A model generated the notes under the pieces. That model had not been told where the DNA came from. It did no database searches and saw only the letters and a list, made by a program, of their open reading frames with translations. A stretch of 51,203 nt of DNA from the NCBI GenBank assembly GCA_021432655.1, contig MU271515.1:1-51203 (forward strand), read 5' to 3'. Shown here piece after piece: positions 1 to 12,343 of this stretch (positions are counted from its first letter, which is position 1; each line of letters opens with the position of its first letter). Position numbers and translations under genes: made by a program. Origin of the DNA: Atractiella rhizophila (taxonomy: Eukaryota).

Positions 1-1713
1 GCCGCAGAGCTTCTAAAGGAATGTAGAAGCTTTATTGAGGAGGGCGTAGCTCCTGGATTGATAATTAGGGGATATCGTAAAGCTTGCCAGCTTGTAAGTT
101 CTTGTTGCTCAGCGCGAGATCATGCTGACAATACACAGGCTGTTCAACGAATCAAAGAGCTCGCTGTGTCAGTGGACAAAATGGACGGCGAGTACGTGTT
201 CTTTCGCACTTATCCGCTCATTTTTAATGAGAGAGTAAAAGGAATTATATCGATCTCTTGCTCCATATAGCTTCTACAGCTCTTTCTTCCAAACTACTTC
301 GATCCCACAAACCGTTTTTCTCCAGACTTGCCGTAAATGCTGTGCTATCTCTAGATCAAGAATCATTAGATCCATCTTTAATCGGTACGGTCATTAGTAC
401 TTCCCAAAGGCTGTACTGACATCAACAATAGGAATCAAAAAGCTGCCTGGAGGTGCTTTCGAGGATTCCTTTCTTGTCAAAGGCGTCGCCTTTAAGAAAA
501 CATTTTCCTACGCCGGCTTTGAGCAACAGCCCAAGAAATTCGGTGGCAAGGGCAAGGGAAACAAAATCGGCGTCGTTTGTCTGAACGTTGAGCTCGAGTT
601 AAAGGCTGAGCGGGATAACGCAGAAGTGCGAATTGAACAAGTCGAGGTTCGTCTCTCTTTCTGTTCGGCGCGCCTTCTTACCTTTGAGTAGGAATACCAA
701 CGAATAGTAGATGCTGAGTGGACGATCATTTTCAGAAAACTGGAGGCAATTGTTTCCACCGGCGCAAAAGTCGTCCTCTCGCGCCTGCCCATTGGAGATC
801 TCGCTACGCAGTACTTCGCTGATAGAGACATTTTCTGTGCTGGACGAGTAACGAGCGAGGACATAAAGCGAGTCTCGCAGGCCACGGGAGCTGCTATCTC
901 TACTACCTGCACCGACCTTAATGAGGTGGACAAGGAGACCGGAAAGAAGCGCTTTTTTGGGCTTTGCGAGACTTTTGAGGAGCGTCAGATCGGAGGGGAG
1001 AGATTCAATTTCTTCGAATTCGAGGAAGGGGGTGAAAGAGGCAAAGGTACCTGTACCCTCATACTTCGCGGCGGAGCGGAGCAGTTTATCGAAGAGGTTG
1101 AACGGAGCCTTAATGACGCTATCATGGTGGTCAAACGTGCTGTAAAAAATACTCACGTCGTTGCGGGCGGCGGAGCAGCGGAGGTGTGTCAATGTGCTTT
1201 CTCTATTTCATGTGCTAATTCTCGTGAACAGATGGAAATTTCCAAATATTTGCGCGACCACTCCCGGACGATTGAAGGGAAGCAACAGCTCATCATCGCT
1301 GCCTTCGCAAAAGCTTTGGAGATTATCCCTCGGCAACTCTGTGACAACGCAGGCATCGATTCTACGGATGTTTTGAACAAGCTTCGAATGCTTCATCACA
1401 GCGGAAGAGTTTGGGCCGGCGTGGACCTAGATGATGATGCTGCACATGGAGTCAGTGAGGACAACATGGTCAAGTTCATTTGGGAACCCAGTTTAGTCAA
1501 GTTAAATGCTTTGGAGGGAGCGACCGAGGCAGCTTGTTTGATTTTGAGCGTGGACGAGACAGTGCAAAACCCTAAGAGCGAACAGGTACGGTTTGCCTTG
1601 ATTATACAACTTGTTGTTCATTCAGATGATAGGCACAAGCTGGCCCTCGCGCGCCACCAGGGGCGGGAAGAGGGGTGAGAGGCAGAGGCAGAGGTCGTGG
1701 TGGATTCAGGTAA
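1..1713 (+). CDS. CCT7: T-complex protein 1 subunit eta (chaperonin CCT/TRiC), multi-exon, 5' end outside window
   Basis: Spliced frames give [76 protein letters not shown] and [11 protein letters not shown], ending in an RG-rich tail with TAA at 1711-1713. Confidence 0.93.
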
Positions 1714-1839
1714 TACTAAACGTTGAAAGAATATAAAATAAATGTCAATAACACTGCGTGCAATTCACTCTAATGGCACTGGACCAAAGGACTTTCTAGG
1801 AGGAGACACTCTCAGAAAGTGGACTTTTGACGAATCCAG

Positions 1840-4800
1840 CTAAAATTCCAAAAGTTCAACCGTAAATGCGGCGACAACTTGATTCTCACTTCTATCATTA
1901 TCCTTTGTCCGTTTTCTACCTTGTTCCTGTCGAAGCTTTTCCCTCTTCTTCTCGCGCCGTTCTTCCCCGCGTTCTGCCGCAAGTACTCTCCCGAATGTAT
2001 CGAAAACTCCCTTGAGGTTGTCCAAATCTTCAATCCGGGAAATATGCGAGAGGGTTACGCTACGCAATCTGGAAAGGGATGTGTGGCTTGTTGATGGATG
2101 TTGTGCGAGGCGGACGAAGAATGCATCCAGAATAAGTTCAAGGAAACAAATGAGCTTGTCAAAGGCTTCAGCAGAACGCACACGATGCCCCGATTCTTTC
2201 TTGATGTCGAAAAGATCGCCAGTTATCCATGACGAGACCGAAAGATTCTCCTTCAATGCCATGTCGGATTGTGCCTCGTAAGTTTCAGACCTTGGCGAAA
2301 GGTTGTCCTCATTAGACCATGCTAACCGCTCGTGCACCCAATCCACAATCTTGGCAATTCCGTCCAGGTTTACGCCCGCTTGTATTGCCTGTCTTAATGG
2401 GATGAGGGAATAATGAGCCTGGACGACAGAATCCAATAATTGGTTTCGAAGGATTGGGGAATCGTATGATGATGATCTCGCAAATTTATCTAGAACGACT
2501 GCGATTACGGTCTCCGAAATATTGGAGAACTTCTGTAGGGAAAGCATAACAAGATCCTGCTTTTACATTAGAGAGAAAGTGCCAAGCTGGAGAAGAAACT
2601 AACCCAATCACCGGCCATGACAAACTGTTCGACAAGACTGTCATTGAGAACGTCACTGCCGATCTGTGAGTGCTCCATGAGAAATCGAGCGATGCCGGGA
2701 GGATAGGCTGGAAGATTGGCGAAGCACAAGTGGCATATTGAGCGCTTAAATGACATCGGTAGAAGGAGCTAACCGCGAACGACATTAACAGCTGCTGAGA
2801 CATTAGATTTCGGTGCATACCTGAGATGCGAAAAGGGCATCAATATCGCATCCAGTGATACCTTCTGGTCCTTCCTGCGGGCCGCTGGAACTACTCTTCT
2901 CCTTACGGCTATCAAGCTTACTTCGACGTTCGGCTTTCCTCGACTCTCTCTTTTGCATGACTTTGCTCTCTGTTTTAAGAAACAGCCCAAACTCGGCATC
3001 TGCAGCAGAGAACTCTGCAGATGTTGGATTTGACAAGAGACTAGTCAGTTTGTCTAATAGCACGGACTTGCGCTCATCAACAGCAGGAAGGAGAGATTTA
3101 ATCCTTCTTGGCTGGCCGAAATACCGACTTGTCAGAGGTCCCGTTCCAACATTATGCCTGATTCCATCTGTGGCACCGTCCTCAGGAGGAAGTGAAATCT
3201 CGGCAACCCAGAGCATTTGCTCGTCACCTACACCATGCACATTCAGAGCCACACTCAGCTTGGAAGTGGCGCCGACTCTTGACGCCTCTCTCAATTCCGG
3301 AGCAATATATGCCCAATCGTCCTGGTCAAATAAACTGATGAGAGCACAATTGGGTGGCGCTGGAGCTGTAATTGGAGCAGGTATTGGGGCAGGCATAAAC
3401 CCGGAGGATTGTTCCGACTGGTCCAGTTCGTCCCGCGGCCGCTTCTTTTTGTTTTTTGCTTTAGGATTGACAGAGGACAAATCTAGAGTCGATGTAGGGT
3501 AACGAGCGGCTGGCAAGCCATCCATTGATATGCGAGAGGTGCCGGGTACGCTTGACGAGGATGAAATGGCGCAACTGATGTCTTGCAATACAAGACCCAG
3601 TTTCGTCTTGATGAGACAGAGCGACACTGGGACGGATGTGGCATTGGAGTACTTCGGGCCTGCTGGGCAGGAAGACATGAGAACATAGGGCGAGCTAAGA
3701 GCACATAGTCGGGCGGAGGAAGGTGAACCTGGAATATTGAACTGGGCTTCTTTCTGCACACGTGACAACCTTGGCCTTTTATGGTGTGACGACGTAGGTG
3801 AGGTGGAAGAAAAAGAGACCTGATAGGTAGCAAAGCGTCCCTTTGGGGCTACGAATAGCAGTCAGGTGGTGCTAAATGAAAGAGTAGAGAGAGATACTTG
3901 CATAACATGGTAACTAACCCTTTTGGATCAATAACAGCTTCGTAGGCACCGCAATTCATTTCCCTGAATTTCTCATCGGTATCTTTATCGTCGTCGACCG
4001 TTGGTATGTCAACAGAGCCAATATCTTGAATTCTGACCCTCGAGCCATCAATATCGTCACCCTCGTCACCAGAGCCTCGCCATACGCAAAAAAATTGTAT
4101 CGACACAGCAAAAGAAATTTCATTGCTGCCATTGTCTTCGGATGCTGCGCGACTCGCAGGAGTCACCGTTAAAAGAGATAAAGTTGCATGGGACACAGCT
4201 TGCGCTGGCCATAGCGCTGCTGGGAAAAATGAGGCCGCATGTGACGTTGTGCAGAAGCCTTGTGGAGGTGAAATCCTAGAGCATTCTATTAAGCATGTTC
4301 CACTAGCACACTTACTTACAATGGGGATGTTTCACTATCGATTGTGAGCCGCTGAATCACTATTCCTCCGTCATCCAACAAAACAACTTCGCGGCGTGAT
4401 TTCTGCACGGCGGTAAAGGCAACAATGTAGTATGCACCTTTTCCAAAGTCCACGAGTTCCAAGCCAAGCAAGACAGACGACCCAGGCGCTTCAGCATCCG
4501 AATTCAAGGCCACGAAGCGTTTTTCAGGGCTATCGGCTATGCTTCCGTCCTGATTTAATCTCTCGGTAATCATCAATAAATTCGCTTGACCAGCCGCAAT
4601 CGAACTTGAATGTGAAGTAAACGTCTTCCGAAAAAGGGCTGGAGTTGGTGAGGAGGAAGACGAAGCCCAATGCATGAAGGCTACTGGTATGCAAGACGGA
4701 CTGAAGGAAGATCCAAGCTTGATACTTGATATCACAGTTTGTGCTTGAATCTATCATATGTAAATGTTAGCATACCTTTTAAATGAATCAGGCAAAGTGC

Positions 4801-4957
4801 TTACATCGTAGATAGTCACTCCATCTCCTTCAATGGCCACAGCAGCTAACTTCGCCAACATAGACTTGTTCTGTGTTTTCACTTTAGTAGCCTTGACATT
4901 TGAGCCTGTCTTGTGCGAAGATAAGAACGTCGGCGGGTAGAGGCTGCAGCTCGCCAT
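1840..4957 (-). CDS. Multi-exon conserved protein, tentatively U3 snoRNP/t-UTP component (Utp8/NOL11-like)
   Basis: A chain of minus-strand ORFs (4754-4981, 4316-4735, 3849-4196, 2803-3768, 2568-2756, 1840-2547) is separated by short intron-like gaps. The N-terminus (AAVAIEGDGVTIYDV) and C-terminus (VAAFTVELLEF) resemble Utp8-type proteins from memory. The gene is well supported; the product is tentative. Confidence 0.5.
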
Positions 4958-5219
4958 CTTGACTGCAGCTCGCTCCAGCAAAGAACCTTATCGAACTCTC
5001 CGTCGTAAACGGCAGGCCTTTCGTGCTCTGCTTCTGGTGTCTTATCTGCTCTTCCAATTTTCAATTTGAAAAAAACCATGGCGGACGTACGCGAGCTGGT
5101 ACGCGGGACCTACGACGCGAGGTGTTCCCTTACATGTCACTGAGTGAAAGAGTGGCAGTTCAGGAACAGTACTCACTTATCTCGGCTCGGAAAAAGGATA
5201 AAAGCGAGTATCGGCTTCG

Positions 5220-7374
5220 ATGACTGCTCAACCTCCTGCAAATACGGGGAAACAGAAGGAAATTACAATAGATGGTGGGAGAGATAACTTACCTTGGTTA
5301 GCTAACTCGCCTACCAAATCCGCCCCGTGGCTGAATTAGTGTTACGTAGGGTGGAAAAATATCGTCCAGACACCTTGAACGACGTGGTCTCTCATCAAGA
5401 CATCATTTCTACCATCGACAAGTTCATTCAATCGAATCGTCTTCCTCACTTACTTTTTTACGGTCCCCCAGGCACAGGGAAGACGAGCACCATTCTAGCT
5501 GTTGCGAAGAAGATTTATGGCACTGGCACTGGAGCTTTAAAGAATAATATCCTTGAGGTCTGCTGTCATCTCAACTGAATATTCAGGGCTTGGTGTAAAC
5601 AGTGGTCATAGCTGAACGCGTCCGATGATCGCGGAATCGACACCGTCCGAGAGCAAATCAAGAACTTCGCGAGCACTCGAATCATTTACAGGTTAGCGCA
5701 CAGCCTGTATTAACTTGCCGGTTCTCACTACCGTCCAGCGGTTCTCCTTTCAAGCTCATCATTCTCGACGAAGCCGACATGATGACGCAGCAGGCACAAT
5801 CTGCTCTTCGTCGCGGTAGGCTTCCTAAATTCTAGCTTTATCTTTGACCGACTTATTAGTCATCGAGCAATACACCCGAAATGTTCGATTCTGCATTATT
5901 TGTAATTATGTGAATCGCATCATCCCGGCCATTCAATCTAGGTGTACCAGGTTCAGGTTCGGTCCGCTGAAAACAGATCAGGTTCAAAAGCGTCTGCTGA
6001 AAGTCATCGAAGCAGAGAGGTGAGCTAATTGTGTCATCGATACAAATCCGCCCCGTGGCTGAATTAGTGTTACGTAGGGTGGAAAAATATCGTCCAGACA
6101 CCTTGAACGACGTGGTCTCTCATCAAGACATCATTTCTACCATCGACAAGTTCATTCAATCGAATCGTCTTCCTCACTTACTTTTTTACGGTCCCCCAGG
6201 CACAGGGAAGACGAGCACCATTCTAGCTGTTGCGAAGAAGATTTATGGCACTGGCACTGGAGCTTTAAAGAATAATATCCTTGAGGTCTGCTGTCATCTC
6301 AACTGAATATTCAGGGCTTGGTGTAAACAGTGGTCATAGCTGAACGCGTCCGATGATCGCGGAATCGACACCGTCCGAGAGCAAATCAAGAACTTCGCGA
6401 GCACTCGAATCATTTACAGGTTAGCGCACAGCCTGTATTAACTTGCCGGTTCTCACTACCGTCCAGCGGTTCTCCTTTCAAGCTCATCATTCTCGACGAA
6501 GCCGACATGATGACGCAGCAGGCACAATCTGCTCTTCGTCGCGGTAGGCTTCCTAAATTCTAGCTTTATCTTTGACCGACTTATTAGTCATCGAGCAATA
6601 CACCCGAAATGTTCGATTCTGCATTATTTGTAATTATGTGAATCGCATCATCCCGGCCATTCAATCTAGGTGTACCAGGTTCAGGTTCGGTCCGCTGAAA
6701 ACAGATCAGGTTCAAAAGCGTCTGCTGAAAGTCATCGAAGCAGAGAGGTGAGCTAATTGTGTCATCGACATTGAGAAAAATATGAAGAGTTGAAACAGCA
6801 TTCAAGTGACAGAGGATGGTATGAATGCCCTGCTCAAGCTCACCAAAGGCGATATGAGGAGAGCCCTCAATGTCCTACAAGTACATTCTATTCTATTCTC
6901 GTGGTTGTGTGAACAAACTGACTGGACTAGGCATGTCACGGCGCTTATGATCAAACGGACGAAACTGCTGTGTACAATTGCACTGGCAGCCCACATCCCA
7001 AAGATATAGCCTCGATTGTAGACTCAATGATGAACGAGGAATTTCAAACCAGTGCGTGCTATCAGAGTTGAGTCTTCTTTTGCTGAAGCTGGAACAGGTT
7101 TCAATCGAATATCAGCCATTAAGGCAGAGAAGGGACTGGCTCTGCAAGACTTAATCGCTGGAATATTTGAGCTCATCCAGACATTGGTATTACCACCGAG
7201 CGCAAGGATCTACATCCTCGATAATCTCGCACAGATCGAGTAAGAGGTTTAGATTCTGATTCTGAAAACCTGACCCTCCTTAGGCATCGATTGTCGACTG
7301 GATCGAGTGAAAAGCTCCAGCTGACAGGACTTCTTTCGGTTATGAAGGTGGCGGTTCAACTAGGCTCTAAATGA
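5220..7374 (+). CDS. RFC3: Replication factor C small subunit (yeast Rfc3 / human RFC5), with internal 728-bp tandem duplication
   Basis: NLPW|VEKYRP, Walker A LPHLLFYGPPGTGKT, LNASDDRGID, Walker B KLIILDEADMMT, SRC motif IQSRCTRFRF and GDMRRALNVLQ. ATG at 5220, TGA at 7372-7374. Confidence 0.92.
5315..6768. repeat. Tandem duplication, period 728 bp (5315-6040 / 6043-6768)
   Basis: The two copies appear identical, including introns, and are separated by 'ta'. Confidence 0.95.
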
Positions 7375-8484
7375 TCTTATTAGATACACCTAATCACGCG
7401 GCACTCTCCCAAACTCTACGTCCATGTCTGGCAGAGTAGCAGCGACCCCCTTCCCCACGGCAACGAAAATCTCTGTCTTTCCAACCTTCTTGCCTCCTAT
7501 GTATCCTCCGTTTCCTGTTTGATATATGCTTTCCTTAATGGAGCGGGAGAAACCAGCTCGCGCATCTCCCAGATAGGTGTTAACATCAATTTCTGCGCTG
7601 CGCTGCCTCGCACTCATGTCCATCCACCTTGAAGGTTGGAAATTGGGAGAAGATTTGTATGACGGATGATCAAGGATGGCAAATCGCATTCGTGCTGGAG
7701 TGTCATCCCGTGGGATCGGAGACAGCAATACCTCTAGGCCTTCGAGCAATCGCCCAGACCTCTGTAATAGGTGTGAGGTCTTTGAACCTTGAAGGAGCAC
7801 CAGGATCAGAGTCAAATCTCCACGCTACATTGTTTATTCAATGGAAGTCCCACGAACAGGCTAGAGACGTACGCGTGACCATAATACATCTGCTGTAGTC
7901 CCAGAAGAGTTCCCCTCGCGATTAATCTAAATGATCTTATTAGATACACCTAATCACGCGGCACTCTCCCAAACTCTACGTCCATGTCTGGCAGAGTAGC
8001 AGCGACCCCCTTCCCCACGGCAACGAAAATCTCTGTCTTTCCAACCTTCTTGCCTCCTATGTATCCTCCGTTTCCTGTTTGATATATGCTTTCCTTAATG
8101 GAGCGGGAGAAACCAGCTCGCGCATCTCCCAGATAGGTGTTAACATCAATTTCTGCGCTGCGCTGCCTCGCACTCATGTCCATCCACCTTGAAGGTTGGA
8201 AATTGGGAGAAGATTTGTATGACGGATGATCAAGGATGGCAAATCGCATTCGTGCTGGAGTGTCATCCCGTGGGATCGGAGACAACAAAACCTCCAGGCC
8301 TTCGAGCAATCGCCCAGACCTCTGTAATAGGTGTGAGGTCTTTGAACCTTGAAGGAGCACCAGGATCAGAGTCAAATCTCCACGCTACATTGTTTATTCA
8401 ATGGAAGTCCCACGAACAGGCTAAAGACGTACGCGTGACCATACTACATCCGCTGTAGTCCCAGAAGAGTTCCCCTCGCGATTA
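7366..8484. repeat. Tandem duplication, period 560 bp (7366-7924 / 7926-8484)
   Basis: Near-identical copies of the CCZ1 3' end. Six substitutions seen, at 7725, 7729, 7735, 7864, 7884 and 7891. Confidence 0.95.
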
Positions 8485-10272
8485 CCCAACCCCGTAAAGA
8501 TCTTGATCTCTTTGTGTGGCGGAGTTAATGGTTCCAATAACGTTGATACATCGAGATCACTCTCAACGGCATCCGTCAGTTGAGAGGAAACATTATCCTC
8601 CTTTGAAAGTGTAGTAGTATCGAAGTCGTCTAAAGTCATTGTACTAGCTTGCGGAGTTGAAGTTGGCTCAACGACGTTGATGGCTTCGTTCTCAACGGAA
8701 GTACCGTGCTCAAATTCTTCATTCACCTGCTTGGTGCCAGTTGGACGGTCTTGGTCTGTTGATGAAGTGTTCCCCCATAACCAAGGGATACTAAGCGACA
8801 TCGAAGGTATCGGCACGCGGACATTAGGGATGCCTACGGAAACTGTCTGATTACGCCAGCTGTCTGCAGCTTGTTCCGGTGAACTTTGTCTTGCGATCTC
8901 CTTCACTGTATTCGGTTCGATATCCAGTTCCCGAATTGACGTCGCCATCGCAAGGGTCGCGGGCTGGCGAGAGAAGTACTGCCCAAGGCCACCTATACCA
9001 AGACTCAGAGTCGACCAGCGGCCGCCTAGTGCCTCGTGAAGAACTGGAGAAGTATCGGAAGATCGCCGCCGATAGTTGTTTGGTCGTTCCGATTTATTTC
9101 CAGTTGAAATACCAGGAAGGTGCGAATGAGATCTGCTATGTTTGGAGAGCGGTAATATATCAGTCATGGACGCTGACTCTGGGCTCCCAGTGACATTGTG
9201 TACAAAATCAGGGAAATAAGGTCTTCGTCGGTGAGAGATGGATGCGGAGCAAACGACGCCTGTCGAACTGTCTTCTCTCTATCCCTCTGATGGCCGGCAG
9301 GCTGCATCAGCCGAGCAATGTGAGGAGGAATCTCTTGTGACGAATCCGAAGAAGGCATTGCCACCTCTGATCCCCTGTGAGGGTCACACCCCACTGTCGG
9401 TCGATACAAGACCTTCGTTCCTCGTAGCAATACAGGGCAGACTGGCGAATTCGAGGATGCTTCGAAATTGGATAATAAGTGTGTTATGTGGTTCTCTGTT
9501 GGGTCCAATCCTTCAAAAACAGCTACAAAGCGCCATAAGAAATGGAATTTTATCTCAGACAAACTTACCGCCGAGACTATCGAGAAAACCTAGGGGAGCA
9601 TTTTCCACGTTCCACCTCCAAACCCACACAGAAAAGAATCGCTGCAGCGAAGATTCAAGTGAACGCCGGCCTCTCGAGTTCAATCGCCAAGTTAAAGGGC
9701 CATTGAGGAGCTTTCACCGATGTCAAAGGAGGATTGCAGCTGAAAAACGACGAACGCGGTATTCGCGGTATCCTGATTCCAGAGCTGACCTCAAGGTCGG
9801 GTCCTCGATTCCACGATTACAATGAACGCGAGAGGAGCTGCCTTCCACCGACAAGGCTGTGTATGGCAGATTTATGACCTACTTCACGTTCGTCGTCAGG
9901 TTGCAATTCAGAAGGAGCAATGGAAGGCTACCGCATGGAAAGTGAAGCCTGGCTCTGGTTCAATGAGTACGATTCTTTGAGCTTCTGACTGGACTGCTTT
10001 GAGCTCTTGCACATTAGGATTTAGCATCCTAAAGTGGTACCCGTCAAAGCGAAGCCAAGCTACACGCAGAGAACAGCACACCTAGCGAAGTCCTGCACAC
10101 CTTGTGCCAGACCTACAGACCTCAGGCGCTTTTCTCTGGTACTTTTGGCATCTGAAGAAATATAGAGCAGGATTTGTGCCTCCGACTGAAAATCTGGATT
10201 ATCTCGCGACTTGCCCTTGGGATCATCAGCGAGAGACCGGTTGAAAACCGTGAATGAAGACACAGTTGCCAT
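7950..10272 (-). CDS. CCZ1: Vacuolar fusion protein CCZ1 (longin domain, Mon1-Ccz1 GEF), multi-exon
   Basis: The N-terminal exon MATVSSFTVFN...EAQILLYIS...TREKRLRSVGLAQGVQDFA matches the CCZ1/Intu longin N-terminus pattern. Minus-strand ORFs continue to a stop at 7950, duplicated at 7390. Confidence 0.75.
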
Positions 10273-10610
10273 CTTTGAGCTTGTCTTTTCGTTAAACATT
10301 CCGTCAAATGTCCTCCCACTGATGGCTAAACCGTTTACTTGTAGCCTCTGAAATTTGAAAAGGGTCTTTGCTAAGACTATTGGGCGGACCGCACGAACCT
10401 TATTGTGTTAGTTCGCGCCACGTCGACAACGACAACGCGCACATAGTGTATTCTGGTGAATTCGTCCAGCAATCTCAGCAACCTGAGCAACCTCCAGCCC
10501 ATTCACCCAATTCCCTTTTGACCACTCATAACGTTGTACCACATTTTGCGAACGTACCCTTCTGACCGGACTCTGCTGCTAAATAGCTCCCTTGACGCAA
10601 CCCGCTCAAA

Positions 10611-11678
10611 ATGAACATCTTCCGACTCTTAGGAGATTTGTCCCATCTTGCCAGTATATTCATACTAATTCGGAAGATGAAATTGTCGAGGTATTCAAGT
10701 CTTTAGTCAACGTTGCTTGCGTGCTAACTAAATGGAGCGCACTAGGAGCTGCAGGGGTAAGTCCCTTCTTTGAGTATTTGGTGGTAGCTTTCAGCTATTA
10801 CAACAATCCTTGAAACGTGAAGGGCACCAGGGATAGTACCTTGCCTTTTCGTAGTGATAGCAATCGAATCCACCACCGTTCATCCCTCGTTTGACTGATG
10901 GGAAGAACACCGATTGACCACTTTTGCCTAGGCATTTCTTTTAAAACTCAAGTTCTCTATGTCATGGTTTTCCTTACCCGTTACCTCGACCTCTTTACGT
11001 CCTACGTCTCGCTCTACAACACTGTGATGAAACTCTTTTTCATCTCGAGTAGTGCATATATCTGTTACTTGATGCGTGAGAAGTATCGGTACGCTTTTCT
11101 CATTATTTCAACTGCATCTAATGGTCGACTCCAGCCCCACACAAGACCCGGGCATTGATACATTCAAACTGGAATACTTGTTAGGACCTTGCGCGATCCT
11201 GGCATGCTTCGTGAATTATGAATTGTATGGTTCCAATCTCATGCTACGTTTCGGTAATAGTGTTCTTCAGTACCGCTCTGGAGATTTTGTGGACTTTCTC
11301 CATTTACCTAGAAGCTGTAGCCATTTTACCACAACTGTTCATGCTACAGCGCACTGGGGAAGCAGAAACAATCACTACACACTATCTCTTCGCGCTAGGA
11401 CTATATCGAGCGCTCTACATTCCAAACTGGATCCTCCGGTACGTTTTTAAACCCACACACCGTGAGGAAATCGTGATAATCCCCTTCAGGTACTTTTCGG
11501 AGGCCACAGTCGACCCCATCGCCATTGTTGCAGGCCTTGTTCAAACAGGACTGTATGCAGACTTCTTCTATATTTACTTCACAAAGTGTGCTTTCACTTG
11601 CTCTCCCTATAAAGCTAACGTTGCGTTACGATTAGAGTTATGAGAGGTCAAAAGTTCGAGCTTCCTTTACCCGCTTAG
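10611..11678 (+). CDS. ERD2: ER lumen protein-retaining (HDEL/KDEL) receptor
   Basis: [16 protein letters not shown], an 11-nt micro-exon at 10746-10756 (SCRG), [50 protein letters not shown] and [15 protein letters not shown] at 11676-11678. Confidence 0.96.
10761..10912 (+). ncRNA. Candidate intronic structured RNA (H/ACA snoRNA-like) in ERD2 intron 2
   Basis: The intron is 175 nt versus ~50 nt for its neighbours. It has a long hairpin at 10761-10827, an ANANNA (ATAGTA) at 10833-10838, a second foldable arm, and ACA at 10907-10909 just before the branch point. Confidence 0.4.
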
Positions 11679-11773
11679 AGTGTGCAATATACGAAACCAG
11701 GTCATTCGAATTCATTGTTCCCAGCTCCGTTGCTAGGCACTTTCTTTCACATTGTAGGGGGCAGAAAGCTTAG

Positions 11774-12163
11774 CAGAATTGGTAGACTGAGTAATTGTCC
11801 GCGCAATGATGAAAATCTTAAACCAGCGGTTCGTTTGAACGCGTAAGGCCAGCAGACCATCACTCCCTTTAGCTTAATAGACTCGGAAGAGAAGTCTTTT
11901 GCTCGACATACGGTTTTTTTCTTCTGTGCTGCCGTTCCGAGTTCGCCGAACTCTTCATCCTCTTTCTCACTAATAAAACGGACCTTAGCTGACTCCGTTT
12001 CTTTCACTGCATTTACACAACAAACCCTTCAGCATGGACAGCTGCCCTAGTATAGTCTCCACAGAGTAGTAGTTCTTTGTGGACGTTGGATATTTGAATG
12101 GCTGGTCAAGTGTTAGTCCAACGTTGGTCATAGTTTTGCCTTGAGGTCAGTCCCGCTATTCTG
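11774..12163 (+). ncRNA. Candidate structured ncRNA of unknown class between ERD2 and UTP25
   Basis: A long-range closing helix (11774-11790 with 12147-12163) encloses at least five internal hairpins. G-U pairs favour the + strand. Confidence 0.4.
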
Positions 12164-12343
12164 GGTTCACAAAAATTTCCTTCAAACATTTTTCCCCCAA
12201 GAAAGCATTACAGCATCCGTAGAGTATTAGGGTAGGGCTACCAGTCGACGGTCAACGTTCACTATTTTATTATTTCTCGGTTTACTGTATCCTTTGCGCA
12301 AGGTCTCTGCGGCTTGCTCACAATCAAATCTCAAATCTCCCTG

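Noticed and set aside
508..1192. Long antisense ORFs over CCT7 (similarly 2855-3502, 19629-20291, 50428-50952)
   Set aside because: Shadow frames of genuine coding sequence on the opposite strand, with no recognisable motifs.
10838..10852. CCTTGCCTTTTC resembling U5 snRNA loop 1
   Set aside because: It lacks the invariant GCCUUUUAC and a flanking stem or Sm site.
12227..12238. TTAGGGTAGGG as a telomerase RNA template or telomeric seed
   Set aside because: It is not the canonical CUAACCCUAA-type template, lies outside the folded domain, and would be on the opposite strand to the one favoured by G-U pairs.
12165..12310. Minus-strand Sm-like site AATTTTTGTG with a U4-like or SRP-like upstream sequence
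   Set aside because: The U4/U6 stem I motif (UGCURRUU) and SRP helix-8 motifs are absent.
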